From NCBI GenBank assembly GCA_964016885.1, contig OZ024759.1, forward strand, positions 18,724,001 through 18,788,000: a stretch of 64,000 nucleotides of DNA, read 5' to 3'. Below the pieces are notes generated by a model, which worked only from the letters and a program-made list of their open reading frames with translations, did no database searches and had not been told where the DNA came from. The DNA is from Eledone cirrhosa (taxonomy: Eukaryota). Position numbers and translations under genes: made by a program. Below are positions 29,835 to 44,789 of the stretch, in pieces. Each line of letters opens with the position of its first letter. Within the stretch, counting starts at the first letter, position 1.

Positions 29835-31491
29835 AGAAAGATCGGCCTTAATACTGACTATTTATCGAAAGGTTGAAAGGTAAATTTGACCTCGGCAGGA
29901 TTTGAACTCAGAACACAGAGAACTAAAATGAATGACGCAAAGTATACTCTCTGTCGCTTGAACCTCGTCACTTCAAATTGTAAGTGAACATATTTGAAAA
30001 TTTACGAACTAGAACTTCATACACTGTGGATATTTCAGTTACAAATTCACAAATTTAAAATGTGTGTAGCCATTTTTTCATCATATTTCTAGTGAAAGAC
30101 ACAGCCCCTTATTTTCAAATCAATTTTGAGAGTTTATTATGATAGCCACTTTTTTAAAAAATATTATCAGGTGATTGGAACATCACTTAAAACGTCCTTA
30201 CATAAAATTATAATTGTTTCTACTTTTGGCACAAGGCCAGCAATTATCTCAGTGTATTACTGGTACTTTATTTTATCGACCCCGTAAGGATGAAAGGCAA
30301 AGTTAACCTCGGCGGTATTTGAACTCAGATCGTAAAGGGGCGTCCTTACATAAAATTATAATCCCTTTATAATCCCTTTATAATAAACACCTTTATATCA
30401 TATAACTAGAGGCAGTTTTAGGCCGTTGGCTATCAAAATGGTTAAACAGAGTACACAAAATTAGGTAACAAATCATTCTTACTTCAAATTAAGTAAGTAA
30501 AATTCACGGCTGTAAAATGTTTTGGTACTGGACCACAAATGTTCAAAGTGGGAGAGGCCAGGGTAGAGATGTGTAACGGTATCACACTAATACAGGGCTG
30601 AAATCCTAGAGAAACGTTACGTCTGGGAACATAAATTTGTATGTGGGTCTGCCGATCTATATACAATGCCATAATATTCATAAGGCAAACAAGTGTGAAA
30701 CCTAGGAGCCGAACATGGACTAGAGGCCTTCCATGTGAGTAGAGTGTAAGATTTACTGTTTGAAATGACTGTGACTTGAAAATTTCAGTATTTGCTTCTC
30801 CAGTTCATATATGTTGAAATTAATTTTCAACATTCTGTTGTCTATTGTACATTCCCGTAGAAGACAGACAGCCTCGCCTAGATATTAACCACTTCGCCAA
30901 TCTGCTTGCTTTCACATTCTCATGCCAAAATAATCATTGCTTGATGATTTAATCGCAGCAAAGACGAAACATAAAATATAATAATAATAGTAACAAATAT
31001 AAAATAAATATAATAAAATAGTTGATATCGATGGAAATTTTTCGCTGGAAAAATGTAATGCCGCCGTCGAGAATTTTCTTTTTATGTATATTAAGATCTT
31101 TTTTTTTTTTTTTTTTTTTTTTTTCATTTCAATTATTTATTCTTACATTTCCCTGGACATATTGATATTATAATTAAGATAAGACACCTCCGATATATTC
31201 AAAATAACAAAGGCATCGACAACTCATCCGACTTCCATTTATCACGAACAAATCAATGTAGACCAGCAGAAGTAATATTTTTCACATCTTTTCGCCAACA
31301 TCAAACATCAATATCGGCACCGCCATGTTGTTGTTGTTGTTTTGTTTTTTTTGTCATTTATAAAGTTTTTTACATTTTATTTTATTTTGTTTGTTATGTT
31401 ATTTTTTAATTTTATTTTCTGATACCAGTTCTTTTTCATCATTATATTTTTTTATCATTATTATTATCTTAATCATCATTATTATCATGAC

Positions 31492-31690
31492 GGTGGATTG
31501 GCAGTATCCGTAGAGGGTCGGACGCCATGCTTTGACGCATCGAGTTACGGCCCTTGCCATTCTGAGTTCAAATCCCTCCGAGGTTAACTTTGCCTTTCAC
31601 CTTTCATCCTTACGGGGGTCGATAAAATAAAGTACCAGTAATACACTGGCGTAATTGCTGGCCTTGTGCCTAACGTAGAAACAATTATTA
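31492..31690 (+). mobile_element. Family A SINE followed by a (CAT)/(CAC)-rich low-complexity tract to about 32170
   Basis: Consensus match. Confidence 0.85.
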
Positions 31691-32027
31691 TCATCATGAT
31701 AATCATCACCATCCCCAGACCACCATCATTAAGCATTATCACTGCCAATAACAGCATCAGCAACATCATTCACGTCACCAAAGGCAACATCACGATTTCC
31801 CTCATTTTAGTTCACCTGCTTCTCTTCCTTATCGTCAACATCATCATCATCATCATCATCCTCATCTCTCTCATCATAACCCCCCCCCCCCCCCCACACA
31901 CACACACACACCCAAACACTCACTCACCATCCATCCATCATTCACGTCCGGTTTCTCCTCACCAACACCACTATCACTCCCATCGTTTCCACCACCACCG
32001 CCGCCACTAACACCTTCTCAACCATCA

Positions 32028-32058
<31 letters not shown>

Positions 32059-32359
32059 CAACACCATCAACATCTTCCTTATCAATTTCATCATGAAGCC
32101 ACACCACCATTACCATTCTAACTAACACCAACTCCACCACCACCACCACCTTCATCACCATTATCAATGTCGGCACCTCCCTTCACCCCGCCTTCCTAGT
32201 CCGCCTCATTCTCATGTTTCACTTCCTCATTTAGAGTTTCCTTCCATTTCCATATCCGTCAATTGTGTTAATGTCACATTCAATAGCTCAAGAATTCAAC
32301 CAGAAGTAGTACTCTGCTCTATTGTTGTTGCTATTTCTAGCATATATAAGAATCATAAT

Positions 32360-32655
32360 AGTGGAGGAGTGTGGCCTAGTGGTAAGCGTGTTGGACTTAC
32401 AATCATAATGTCGTGTGTTCGATTTCTGGACTGGGTTGTGCATTGTAGACTTAAGTAAAACACTTCATTTCACGTTGCATCAGTATACTCACCTGAAAAT
32501 GATTACTAAAAATAGCTAGAGGTTTAACCTTGCAATGGATATGTGTCCTGCCCAGGGTCGCGAGGGGGGCGTCTTGTACGCTCCGTCGTTTCACGGCACA
32601 TACACTGAGATATACACCGGCCTTATGAGCCCCCTGGCTCGAAACAGATTTAAGA
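32360..32655 (+). mobile_element. Family B SINE
   Basis: gtggcctagtggtaag..gtgttcgatttc..aaaacacttcatttcacgttg. Confidence 0.75.
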
Positions 32656-33681
32656 CTTTTTAGATAATGACCACGCGGAGAATCCTTTGTTATCCTATCA
32701 TGATTAGTAGTGTAAAACGAAGAGTCTGGCTCAAGAACACAAAGCACTGATCGGCCTAACAATTGAACGCATGATCCTATGATTGTGAGTCCAACACTAA
32801 GTCCTATTCGACTGTTAGAACAGTTAGGAAGACTTCATATGCCAATACAACTGGCATACAGGTTTATTACCCAACCAAGTTAAACAGACATTAGATCATA
32901 AAATAAAGTATTCTGGCAGCCCAACCACCAATTTCGTAATAAGAAGCCTCCACTCCATACATGCTATCAGGAACGCATTTGGGGTTCTTCTCTCTTCAGA
33001 GAAGTGCATCTTCGCGAGGTGGGGAGCTTACTTTCCTGATCATCATCTAGTCGTTCTCCCGATTTATTTAAAATAATAAACAACATAGAGAATCAGGGAA
33101 GGGGGTAGAGAGAAATCAAAGTATGTATAGTTAGTTTATTTAGAAAATTGATGCAGTCTACAAGAAATTAGTTTCTTATAGCAGCATTGATCATAATCGA
33201 TTTTCTAGAAGATATTGCTATAATGGCGACAAGTATTGCTGAAATACAACACATATTGGAATAACATTTGAGGTCGACTTCTTATCACAAAAGGCAAAGC
33301 TAAAAGTAAACAAAAAATACTAAGAAAAGAAATTAAATTTCTGCCTTCCTCTGATAAGGAATTTTATAAGCTATCAACAGACTCTTTGTAATATCAGAAT
33401 TCTGTTCCCTTCAAGAAAGTATCTCAGTGATTAGCTATATCATATGTACTTTCTGAGGCGGCATATTGGCAGAGTAAATAGAATGTCGGCTAGAGTGGTT
33501 TGCAGTAGTCCTTCCTGCTCTCTGAGTTCAAATCCCATTGAAGTCAACTTTGCCTTCCATCCATTCAAGGTCGATAAAAAAAAGTACCAGACAAATACTG
33601 GAGTCGGTTCTTCCTCTATATCTCTTTCCCACTTCTCTCTCTCCCTCTCTCTGTATGTATATATATATATATATATATATA

Positions 33682-33905
33682 TAAAGGAACGATCGACTTT
33701 CGTCAAATCGGACCGAGGGAACAATGTTTCCGTTGGTCTTTCCAATTGCTAATACTATCTATCGGTCGCAACTCCAGGTAGAAGGAGCAATGTGAAATAA
33801 AGTGTCTTGCTCAAGGACATAACGCATCGCCTAGTCCAGGAATCGAACTCACAACCTTACGACTGCGAATCCAATTCTCTAACCACTCAGCCACACTCCT
33901 TCACC
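33682..33905 (-). mobile_element. (TA)n-flanked tRNA-SINE, same family as 11075
   Basis: Near-identical sequence. Confidence 0.85.
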
Positions 33906-33909
33906 AAAA

Positions 33910-34067
<158 letters not shown>

Positions 34068-34131
34068 GGAAAAAATGAAATTTCATTTCTCACTCTTAGT
34101 ACGGCTGATAAACCCATACGTACATAATATA

Positions 34132-34167
<36 letters not shown>

Positions 34168-34231
34168 TATACATACTACTGTACGTCTGTATACATATAT
34201 GTATGTACGTATACATATATATATAATATAT

Positions 34232-34380
34232 AACAAAGATGGTGTGGTAAGATACCAGGTGGACGATAACGCACCAGCGTACTCGATACTTAGGCTAGTA
34301 GAGTGGGTAATAGGAAAAGTTCGGAACTAGCTGTCGAAACGGCCAGAGCTCAGCCGTCGGGGTCCTGACTCTTTTCCTAT
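34232..34380. mobile_element. Half-hammerhead fold-back element
   Basis: Minus-strand tail joined to a + arm ctagctgtcGAAAcggccagagctcagccgTCggggtc. Confidence 0.75.
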
Positions 34381-34391
34381 CTCTCTCTCTA

Positions 34392-34431
<40 letters not shown>

Positions 34432-34639
34432 TACGTATCGAGAAGGAGAAAAAAAGGGGGGATAGGTGATACATATAGTTATTTGCCAAGTAGCGTATGC
34501 CAAAGGTGCTCGATACTAGTGCCGGCAGTATTAAATATTCCAAGTGTTAATATTTAGTGGGCTAGAGATTTAGGTACGTAGGTGCTGTTTTAAATAAACA
34601 TGTTTTAACGGTCTATTCTCCGATTTTTTACTTTCCCAC

Positions 34640-34715
<76 letters not shown>

Positions 34716-34815
34716 AATAAAGCCAAAACAATGCAGGTATGGACATAGAATAAAGAATGCAAATGCAAAAGATATTGTTGACAATTAGTCTTTTACCTTA
34801 GATTTATTTAAATGT

Positions 34816-34850
34816 CCTTAATTTTCGAGATAATATCTCTTCTTCGGAGG
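34816..34850 (-). ncRNA. Minimal hammerhead variant
   Basis: Minus strand cct-CCGAAGA-a-gagat-att-atctc-GAAA-at-TA-agg, then AATAAA; same layout as 43243. Confidence 0.5.
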
Positions 34851-36264
34851 GAAGTAAAGCGGTTAAACCAGTGTTCTAAATAGCTTGCCAAGAAGAGATA
34901 TTATCTCTACGTTCTCCCACCGAGATCAACTTTATCTTTGATCATTTTAAAGTTGATAAATAAAATAATTGCCTTTCATCGTTTTGAGGTCGATAAAACA
35001 ATACCAGTCAAGTAATAGGTTCGATTCTTCCTCACTTCCATTCTCTCACTCTCTATCCTATCCTTCTCTGAAAGAAGTCTGCTGTATTCAGACTTGGAGA
35101 AGAAATGTGTTTCGCCAGGTCTTAAAATGCCCTAGTAACCCCGTATGTCATTACGCTGTCCTTACGACTCCCTTGGGAGTTACGGGGAAATGCATGCATA
35201 CAAATAAAATACAGCGATAGGATCGAGTCTCTCGATCTCACAGGCGATCTTTCCCAGATCTGAGAAAGATCACCTGTGTTCAGATCTGGAGAGAGATGAC
35301 ATCTTCTGGATTTAAATACAGACCTGTCGACTCCCGCCGTCCAATGGGGAGATCTCCCACCTACTTTGGGGAGGGTGAGAGATGTTTTTTCTGGTGAAAA
35401 TTGGAATAGCTTTCATGTAGCTTGCATTTTACCACATTTATCCCCGTTTTAGGGTACATTTTTCATTGTACTCCCCGTTTGGGTTTTTATAGGTTGGCAG
35501 GTCTGTAAATATCCAAGACGTGCCGTATATCACGATGGCTCCTGTACAACTAGATCAGGAGTGTAGAGTTCACGGCATGGCATATTGATGAAGGATGTAT
35601 GTATAAAACGCGGAGAAAATTGATAAACCTGTAGTTTTTTTAATCTAGACGTTTGCAATATTTTTTAGCTACTGTGTAGCAGATATTCATTTCTAACTTT
35701 CCCAATTATTTTTACAGTGAAGCAGCGATTGGAAATATATAACCAACAACATTACTGTGTGCAAGTTGCAATATATTATAATTGAATTAATTAAATCGAT
35801 TTAAGATTGGTTTTTAATGAAAAATAACCATTAGAACAACTTGATTGAGCTAAAAGTGACCGCGAGGGGAAAAGAAAGACAGATAATTAGAATTATATAT
35901 CTTTAAAAACATCATCAATTTCAGTCGCAATAATTCACAGAAAATTTAGAATAAATACTGTTTTATATTGTTTTTATTTTATGTTGTGTATTCAAAATAC
36001 AGTATCGAAGAAATAGATTCGAAAATATGGTAATTTTATTATTATTCCACTAAGTCTCGGAGACGAGTGTAACAGTAATTTTCTTTTTGCTTTTAATTTT
36101 AATGATAGTTAGTTAATAGGTTGGTTAGTATTTTGAAAGTGAATTTGATATTTAATAGAAAAGGAAAATAAAACTGAAAAGAATGGGAATGGCAAGGTCT
36201 CTAGTGTCACAGAAGAGGAGGGTGAGGATGATTGGGTTCCTGGCCAAGGCCCGGCGATGAAGGG

Positions 36265-36900
36265 GCTGCGGCCCGCGGACAATGGCCAGCGACACTCGCC
36301 GCAACAGCCATCCTACCTCGCGAGTTCCATCCTCAGACGGGTCGCCGACGTTCCGATCTTGTGGAGGAGTTCGAATGTACGGGGTGCGCCTGAGGTCTTA
36401 ACGGGGTCCGGTGCGAAGAGAAAGCGGTCAAACAATCCCCGGTATTTGTTTATTTTCCTTTCCTCTGCGAGGCGGGTGGCGGTACCCGGGTTTGTAGCCG
36501 AAGCGACTAAGTCGGAGGCAGACAACGCGTCACAACATGTGGCGTCCCAGATGAAGGATCTACCTCCTTCGATTGGAAAGAGGATGATTCCATAGGAACG
36601 CTTACCGTCTCCGCAGTCAAGGCCTGCTGACTCCAGTTGTGATGGAAAGCCAGCCGCGTCCAGGCTCCTTCTCAGTATGTCGTTGGGGGCAGAATGTCAG
36701 GGGACCTGACTTGCTCTCTGGCAGCAAGACAGTGAATGCAGGCCGAACTTGACAACGATCGCCTTACAACAGCATTTATGTGGCTCACACACACGGAGGC
36801 CAAGGCGTTGGGTTACTCCGATGCGATCGCATTCGTCATCAAGAAAGGTACCGGTTAATGAGTAAGGCGCCGAATTGAGTCATGCGCCGCTGTTGGGCTG
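36265..36900 (-). pseudogene. CRE-clade non-LTR retrotransposon C-terminal zinc knuckle plus restriction-like endonuclease remnant
   Basis: Reads RLGLRVCEPHKCCC..GLHSLSC..NDILRRSL..DGKRSYG..FIWDATCCD..AEERKINKY..RVSLAIVRG with stops. Confidence 0.8.
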
Positions 36901-37993
36901 AGAAATGAGCAGAGGCAGGCGAGGTGGTGTTGGTCCAAGTCAGACTCGATCTGCTTGACAGAAGACCTGCAATTGATGTCACCCCACTATTGTTTTTGAT
37001 GTATTTTGAATGTATATGACGTTCAAAAACGTCGTAAATAATTTGTTATCTGTGATTCCCCCCACTCGGGAACTCCAACAATCCTGACTTGGATAAACAT
37101 GTTCGATTAGAAACAATGGCGCGCTTAAACGTGCCAATATGTTGTTAAAATGCACGAAAGAAAAGCATTGCTAAAATAAGTAAATAAAATTGAAGATATT
37201 GCTGCCAAAACATTTAAAATAAATGGACTTACCCCATATTTTATCGCAATCAAAGCTCTCTGTAATCATGTACGCCATATGTCAAGAGGTGTGAACAGTA
37301 GATACTATCTGGCGGACGACGAATTATGACGGCTGTTTGTGAAGGAAACCTGAACCCTGGGATACACTAGAGTTAAAAGAAAGTAAGTGAATGAGCCCAA
37401 AAGAGAGAAAGAAAGTGAGTGAAAGAGAGAGAGAGGGGGAGAGAGAGATAAGGAGAGAGAGGGAGAGAAGGAGAGAGAGGGGGGATGAAGAAAAAAAGAG
37501 TAACTAAGAAAGAGAAAACAGCCTCAACACACGCTCTGAAAGTTCGATATGCACTTAAATAATATCATAATATATTTAAATAAATAATGACGGTTTCGAA
37601 TCTCCATCAGGACTTACTTAGTTATACGTAACATTATTATTGGATCGTCAAGTATGAAATTTCTAGAAATTTCTAGAAAAAAAGCAAATTACTACAAATT
37701 TCATACTTGACCCAATATATAATTTTATTTCATTTCATTTTAATTAAGTCGAAATACATATTTAAATGCATTTTGAAATAAATTGGGATGTCTGGTTTAG
37801 ACAATGCATAATGCTGCTTGTGAAGGTGCATGACGTGGTTTTTAAGGTGGTCAACTAATGACTGCAAAGCCATAAGTTCGATTAATGGTGTTCATTTTCA
37901 ATCAGCTGGTAAAAAAATTAATTTACTTGTATTACAAAGCGCCAGCCTTGTCAAACACTGTGTCACATTGAATATCTCTGAGAACTACGTTAA

Positions 37994-38192
37994 CCCTTTA
38001 GCATTTACATTACTCTATATTTACTATTATATTTTCGCAGTAAACTATCTCACATAATATCGAATCTAAGGATATTTTGATATTATATATTCTGACATAC
38101 GTATGATCAGCCGATTACAACTAGTTTGAACAGAAAGAGGTAAAATAATGAGAGAATTCTGGCCGGATATGACCGGTTTAAATGCTAAAGGG
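37994..38192. mobile_element. piggyBac-like MITE inserted in a SINE tail
   Basis: TTAA-ccctttagcattta ... taaatgctaaaggg-CTAA terminal inverted repeats. Confidence 0.7.
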
Positions 38193-38739
38193 CTAAAGGT
38201 ACACGTGTTTGTGGTTTGATAAATTAATGACACGTTAATGTCACCAAGCAGGCTGTTTCGTTTTTCGAACAACTGAAACACGTTTAGCGAGCACTGAAGG
38301 AGGTTGAAGGAATAATATGTTTAACACACTCCACACAATGGCTCTAGATTATTTGTGGTTTGTTATGTTCCTGTATATAGTTCGAAGGTGGCGAATTGGC
38401 AGATTCAATAGAACGTCTGATAGAATGATTTGCGGTATTCGTTTCAGCTCTCTGCTCACTGAGTTCAAATCCCACCGAAGTCAACTTTGCCTTTCATTCA
38501 TTCGGGGTCGATAAAAAGATAGTACCAGTCAAGTACTGGGGTCTTTTCTTCATGCATATCTCTTTCTCAATTCCTTTCTCTCACTCTCTCTAACCTTCTC
38601 TGGAAGAAATATATTCATGCCTGGAGAGGATTGGGCTCCTCCAGGTTAAAAATTGCTCGAGAAACGCCGTATACGACACCCCACCGATTCCCTTAGGAGT
38701 TTCGGGGCCATGCATGCATGGATATATAGTTCGACATCA

Positions 38740-39335
38740 TAATCTCCCCTTTCCGTGATGATAAAACACCCCATCTGGGACGAGATATGCAGCGACAACT
38801 TCTCCAACACCAACTAGTGACATCGACGACAGATCAAGGTTCCTCTATTCGACAACTTGAAGATCACAAGCTATTGAAGTATCGATTGTTTTCCGATAGA
38901 TCTGTTGTTGAACCTGTAGTGGTGGAAACGTTTGGCGTCCTTGGTCCACGGACCTGTACCCTACTCACCCGCTGACGTGAATGCCTTAAAGTGGACTGGC
39001 TTCTTGTTAAAACTGGAGCGGTGAAAATTTTTAGTATTCTGGGTCCCCAAACCAGCACCCTACTCACTTTAGCATTTACATTACTCTATATTTACTATTA
39101 TATTTTCGCAGTAAACTATCTCACATAATATCGAATCTAAGGATATTTTGATATTATATATTCTGACATACGTATGATCAGCCGATTACAACTAGTTTGA
39201 ACAGAAAGAGGTGAAATAATGAGAGAATTCTGGCCGGAGTTGGCCACCCGCAGTAACGAGCACCAGCGAATTGAAATGGCTATTTCAACACATCTACCCC
39301 GCTATTCTCCGGAGTAACACTTTCAATATTTGATC
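38740..39335 (+). pseudogene. Second CRE-like endonuclease remnant, interrupted
   Basis: EDHKLLKY..EPVVVETFGVLGP ... WLFQHIYPAILRSN; interrupted at about 38975-39238. Confidence 0.7.
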
Positions 39336-39729
39336 TGCTGGACCCATGAGGGAGCAAGCTCCTGGGATTCTGCACGTCGGAGAGCGTTCTCTAACATTGT
39401 ACAGGAATATATCAGTGGTAGTCATGATTATGGTCTGTGTATTTACGATATATACGCATACATACATACACATGTATATATGTGTATGCATACATGCACA
39501 TGTATACATGCACATGTATATATACACATGTATACATATACATGTATACATACACATGTAAACATGCACATGTATACATGCACAAGTATATATACAGTGT
39601 ATATATACACATGCATACATACACATGTATACATCCACATGTATGCATACACATACATGCATATACATGTATACACAAGCATATATACATACACATGTAT
39701 ACATACACATATATACATGCACATATATA

Positions 39730-39990
39730 CACGTGGCCTAGTGGTTAGGGTGTTAAACTTACGATCATAATGTCGTGGGTTCGATACCTAGGCTGGGTTG
39801 TCTGTTGTGTTCTTGAGCAAAACACTTCATTTTACGTTGCTCCAGTATACTCAGCTAAAATGGAGGTTTAACCCTGCGATGGACTGGCATTCTGTCCAGG
39901 GGTGACTCTTGTAGTCTTAGTCGCTTCACGCTATGAAACCGGTAGAAGCACCTGCCAAATAAGCCTTCTGGCTTAAGACAGACTTTAGAC
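39730..39990 (+). mobile_element. Family B SINE inside a (catacacatgtata)-type 14-bp repeat
   Basis: gtggcctagtggttaggg..gggttcgatacc..gtgttcttgagcaaaacactt. Confidence 0.85.
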
Positions 39991-41849
39991 TTTAGATATG
40001 CATACACATGTATACATACACATGTATACATACACATGTATACATACACATGTATACATACACATGTATACATACACATGTATACATACACATGGAAACT
40101 TCATTAAATATCAGATTATCATAATGTTAAAGTTTGAAATGAAGCAGCACCGACACAATAGAAATTAGTCTATATCCAATTCTGCAAAAGAAAATACCAG
40201 ACAGACATGCTTGGTGTTGAAAGGATTCAACAAATTGTAGAAGAATAGTTTATCCTGTTAAATACAAAAGAGTTGAACAATGACGTTTTGTGAATTACTC
40301 AACTAATCTTTCCAATATTTCATTTAACGTTATTACAGTTTCATTTTGCACATTTTGATAATATATAATTGGAATTAGCTTTCTGTTAATAAGATTTAGT
40401 AATGGGTTTGCTAATGTAGCTCGTCTAGACATATTTTCTTTCATAGATATATAGTTATTGTGTTTAAATACTTTGTTAGCGTTACGTTCTATATGTTATT
40501 GATGAAATTAAATTAGGTTGAAAATATGTGTGATTTAGTTAGTCTTGATTAATTTATTAACTGTACTCCATTTTTTAGCAGAGAATTTCATCTGAAAGAG
40601 TATACCATCAGACAACAAAAAGATCTGGTATGATAAAGAAATCAGATTCGAGATGGAAAAAAAAATTGATATATAAAATTTAATTTATCTCGGTTACTCA
40701 TACGATTAATCTATAATAACATTTACTGTAGTTTGTATTTCCTTTTTTTTCTTCCTTTTTGAGAATATTTCTCTAAAAATCAGACTAAAAACATGAATGT
40801 ACGAGGGTCGGTGGTAGAGTGCATAGACTGAAAAGTGCATACGCGACCAAGATACTCTGATGGAATGACCAAATGAGGTTTATTTTTTAACATAGTCCCT
40901 GGAAAGAAACAATGCTGTTATTAATAAGAAGAGTATAAATTAATGAATGCAAGATAATGAATGCAACTCTAGCATCATTCCTTTATTGTCAGTCCATTCC
41001 CGTATGTATGAACCCTTAATTTCTGATGGATTCGTACGGGTGTTGTAACGTTACGTGTCTTGGACACTTTACACCATGCCCTTACCAGGAGAGAGAGGCT
41101 CCTGATAAAGTCGTAGAGGCAATGAAGTGATATAACTTGGACATGTTAAACATTGCGGTGCCCATTCCTCTCTTCAGAGTGAAAGAGAGGAAGTGTAAAA
41201 CAGATTTAGAAGAAGAATCGACTCCAGTCCTGGACTGATAGTTCTATTATTGACCTCAAAAGGATGAAAGGCAAAGATGACCTTGACAGGATTTGAACGC
41301 AGAGCACAAAGAGAAACAGAGAGAAAATAGTAAGAAAGAATGTCAAGACGACACACCCTACGACTCTTCCAGAAGATGAAGGTCTCAGTGAATCAAATCA
41401 CTGATCGTTTCTACAAGCACCCCGCTCTAAATTATTCTCTACTGGCGCAGACCACCATCACTGGATATAAAAAATATGAAATGTTTTTGTAAAATGAAGT
41501 GTTTTGCTCAAGAACACAACATACAAGTCAGCCTAGCAATCGAACCCATGATATTATGATCGTAAGTCAAACACTCTTACCACAAGGCCATTCACCTCCA
41601 TGCATCTATGTACGTACGTATGTAAGTATTTAGCAACCATCATTTTGTGCCGACATATCGAATTTAAACGTTTAAGTCATGTCACATAAACAATATAATG
41701 TAATAAAATTCTTAATATAATATTATGTATAACGAAGAAAACAAATAAATTGATGTTTTTAAACATTATTTTTTTCTTTAAAAATGTCTGCGCAAAATGT
41801 ATTTCTAACGTTTGTTGCAGTATGATAATGTATTGACATATATAACGAC

Positions 41850-41863
41850 TATACACACACACG

Positions 41864-41898
<35 letters not shown>

Positions 41899-42068
41899 GT
41901 ATACATATATACATACATAGATACATGAATACAGAGATACATACATATATATGTATATATATATATACATATATACATATATATACATATATATACATAT
42001 ATATACATATATATATACATACATATATATATATATATATACATACGCATATACATATACATACGTAT

Positions 42069-42138
<70 letters not shown>

Positions 42139-42189
42139 GTATGTATATACGTATGTATATATATATATGTATATATATATATGTATATA

Positions 42190-42246
<57 letters not shown>

Positions 42247-42300
42247 ATATATATATATATATATGTGGGTGTGTGTGTGTGTGAGTGTGCGTGTATTTAT
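41850..42300. repeat. (CA)n/(TA)n/(TG)n compound microsatellite
   Basis: Direct reading. Confidence 0.92.
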
Positions 42301-42521
42301 GTATATAATAGCTTTAGTTGTATTATACAGAAATTATGTAATATGACACCTGCAGCGAGATAAAGTCTGTCTTACCCATTTGGTGGGTATTGTGGTCCAG
42401 TTTCGCAGACAGGGAAGAGGTCCTGTTAGATTTGATAATTTTTTAGGGTGAGTTCGGTTTGATTTGGCAGGAGTCATGGCTACAGGTTCGCGTTCGGTTT
42501 AGGGTTTGTCTTCTTTACATA

Positions 42522-42546
<25 letters not shown>

Positions 42547-42552
<6 letters not shown>

Positions 42553-43053
42553 ATAATGAAATGATAGGAGGCTGGATTTGTGTAAATCCTTGAAAGGTTT
42601 ATTATACTATGATCATTTCAATGACCGGGTTCCGTATGAATCCGGTGATATCATCAGGTATTCGAAATATAATACGTGAATGTAATAGGTAAAATCCATG
42701 GGCGACCGGCTGAGGTTGAAGGAACAGAATAGCGGTCGCCCTCGGGTCTCGATTTTCAGCCCCATGGATTTTACCTATTACATTCACGTATTATATTTCG
42801 AATACCTGATGATATCACCGGATTCATACGGAACCCGGTCATTGAAATGATCATAGTATAATAAACCTTTCAAGGATTTACACAAATCCAGCCTCCTGTC
42901 ATTTCATTATAATATTTAACTCCGTAATAGCACCACCAACTACAAAAACAAAGACGGTTGAACTGCTTTACGTTGAGTACTCTCTATATTATTGCATTAC
43001 GATTGACCATACGGAATAGACCAGCTCTATACAGTGGTGAACCTCAAACCTGA

Positions 43054-43058
<5 letters not shown>
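42547..43058. mobile_element. Inverted dimer of a Penelope-like 3' end with hammerheads at 42604-42661 (-) and 42802-42859 (+)
   Basis: atac-CTGATGA-tatc-accgg...ccggt-catt-GAAA-tgatca-TA^gtat-AATAAA; palindrome 42547-42916; (TA)n on both sides. Confidence 0.8.
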
Positions 43059-43090
<32 letters not shown>

Positions 43091-43094
43091 CACA

Positions 43095-43161
<67 letters not shown>

Positions 43162-43242
43162 AAAGGTAAACAGAAATAGCACAATAAGTACAGTATAAGG
43201 AAGGAATATATTAGGTTAACGCTTGAAATAGAAGGAAGAGGG

Positions 43243-43278
43243 TCTTAACGTTTCGGACGCTATTCCTTCATCAGAAGA
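43243..43278 (-). ncRNA. Minimal Penelope-type hammerhead
   Basis: Minus strand tctt-CTGATGA-a-gga-atagcg-tcc-GAAA-cg-TT^aaga; tail runs to (TA)n at about 43160 and recurs at 53385-53458. Confidence 0.65.
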
Positions 43279-44158
43279 AAGCATGAGAAATAAGATACAT
43301 TGAAGGGACGGGCGTGTTGGAATTGGAAAACCTGTTTTTTAGATAAAAATAACAGATTCATTCATGTTGGCATCTCTTGGGCCACAAGAACCGAAAAAAA
43401 TGATAATGAGAACAAACTTCATATTTTAATCTTATTATCTTTACACCAAGACAACTTTGGTACACATTTACTCTCGAAAACCTCTATCTCACCTTCTCTT
43501 CTCTTCATATTTATCGTGCATCTAGCAGTTGATCATCGCTGATTTCACATGAAGGAGGGGCGAGCATTTTCATATCAAAGGAGAGAATAACAGTTTTTGA
43601 GATGTTGATTTTGGGCATGATGCAGAAATAGTTGAAAATCACTGCTTTCAAATTTAATCTGATGTAGTGTTATTTCGTATTAAATGTCCACTAGGGAATA
43701 TGCTTACTTTCGCAGTCTTAGAGCAAATACGTTCATTATAATTTTGTACATTTTAAGAATCTCTTTCTAATGCAATCTCATGTGGTTAAATGTTAGCATT
43801 TCGTTAACACTTAAGTGTTAAGTGTTAACATTTCGTCCAATGTGTTCTTAAGTGAATCCCTGCTGTTGTAAAAGTTAAGGTACCTGAGGAAATGTTATTA
43901 TGATGTAAGAATGTTTTGAAACATCGAGCGAGTTTGAAATAGAAGCTTTCAACGTATTCTTTTACTAAAGAAATTTTAGCCTGGTTGTGGGCTTTAGAAC
44001 CCTCTAAGAAATGGAAACAGATTAGTATTGATAACGAACGGGGTATCAAAAAATTGTCGAGGGGGTTGAGTCCAAGAAACAGGACCCAAGGCGGTAAATC
44101 AAACTCTGTTCAGTCCTGGTGCGTGAGGTCTGTGATCTGTGATGTAAAAGGACACCCG

Positions 44159-44228
<70 letters not shown>

Positions 44229-44789
44229 ACATATAAACCATAAGGCAATTGTTGTCTTGTGCGGATATATCTTCTGTTTCCATTTCTTAGAGGGCTCTAA
44301 ACCCCACTATCAGGCTAAAATTTCTTTAGTCAAAAAATACGGCGAAAGCTTCTATTTCTAATTTAGTCACAATCAATAATTGTTCCTGCTTTACGCACAA
44401 AGCCAGCAATTTAAAGGGGAGTGGAAAGTCTATTAAATTGGCCCCAGTGCATTACTGGTGCTTTAATTTATCGACGCCGTAAGAATAAAAAGCGAAGCTA
44501 ACCTTGGCGGGATTTGAACAATTATTAATGCTAACGTTTATCGTTATATATTTCATTGTAACGTTATGTTATAACTGTGAAAAATAAAACTATTAGATAT
44601 TAATCTTGTGCAGACTCTCCTGAAAGAAATCAATTCATTGCTTTTCTTTATTATGTAACATACATTATACTATATTAATAACTTTATTGCGTTATATTGA
44701 TTTTCTGTCATAACTTAAACCTTTAAATTCTATATATCCGCACAAGACAACAATTGCATTATGGTTTATATGTGTATACACACACACAC

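Noticed and set aside
31666-32010. His/Pro-rich ORF with hydrophobic segments
   Set aside because: Derived from a SINE tail and (CAT)/(CAC) low-complexity repeats.
36257-36595. 112-aa GC-rich ORF on + strand
   Set aside because: Antisense shadow of the CRE-like endonuclease remnant.
37585-37615. Hammerhead-like ctgatgg..gaaaccgtc on minus strand
   Set aside because: Core mutated and no proper stem I or II; cannot be supported.
40800-40900. Mariner-like terminal sequence tacgaggg...ctgaaaagt
   Set aside because: No matching second TIR or transposase remnant found by eye.
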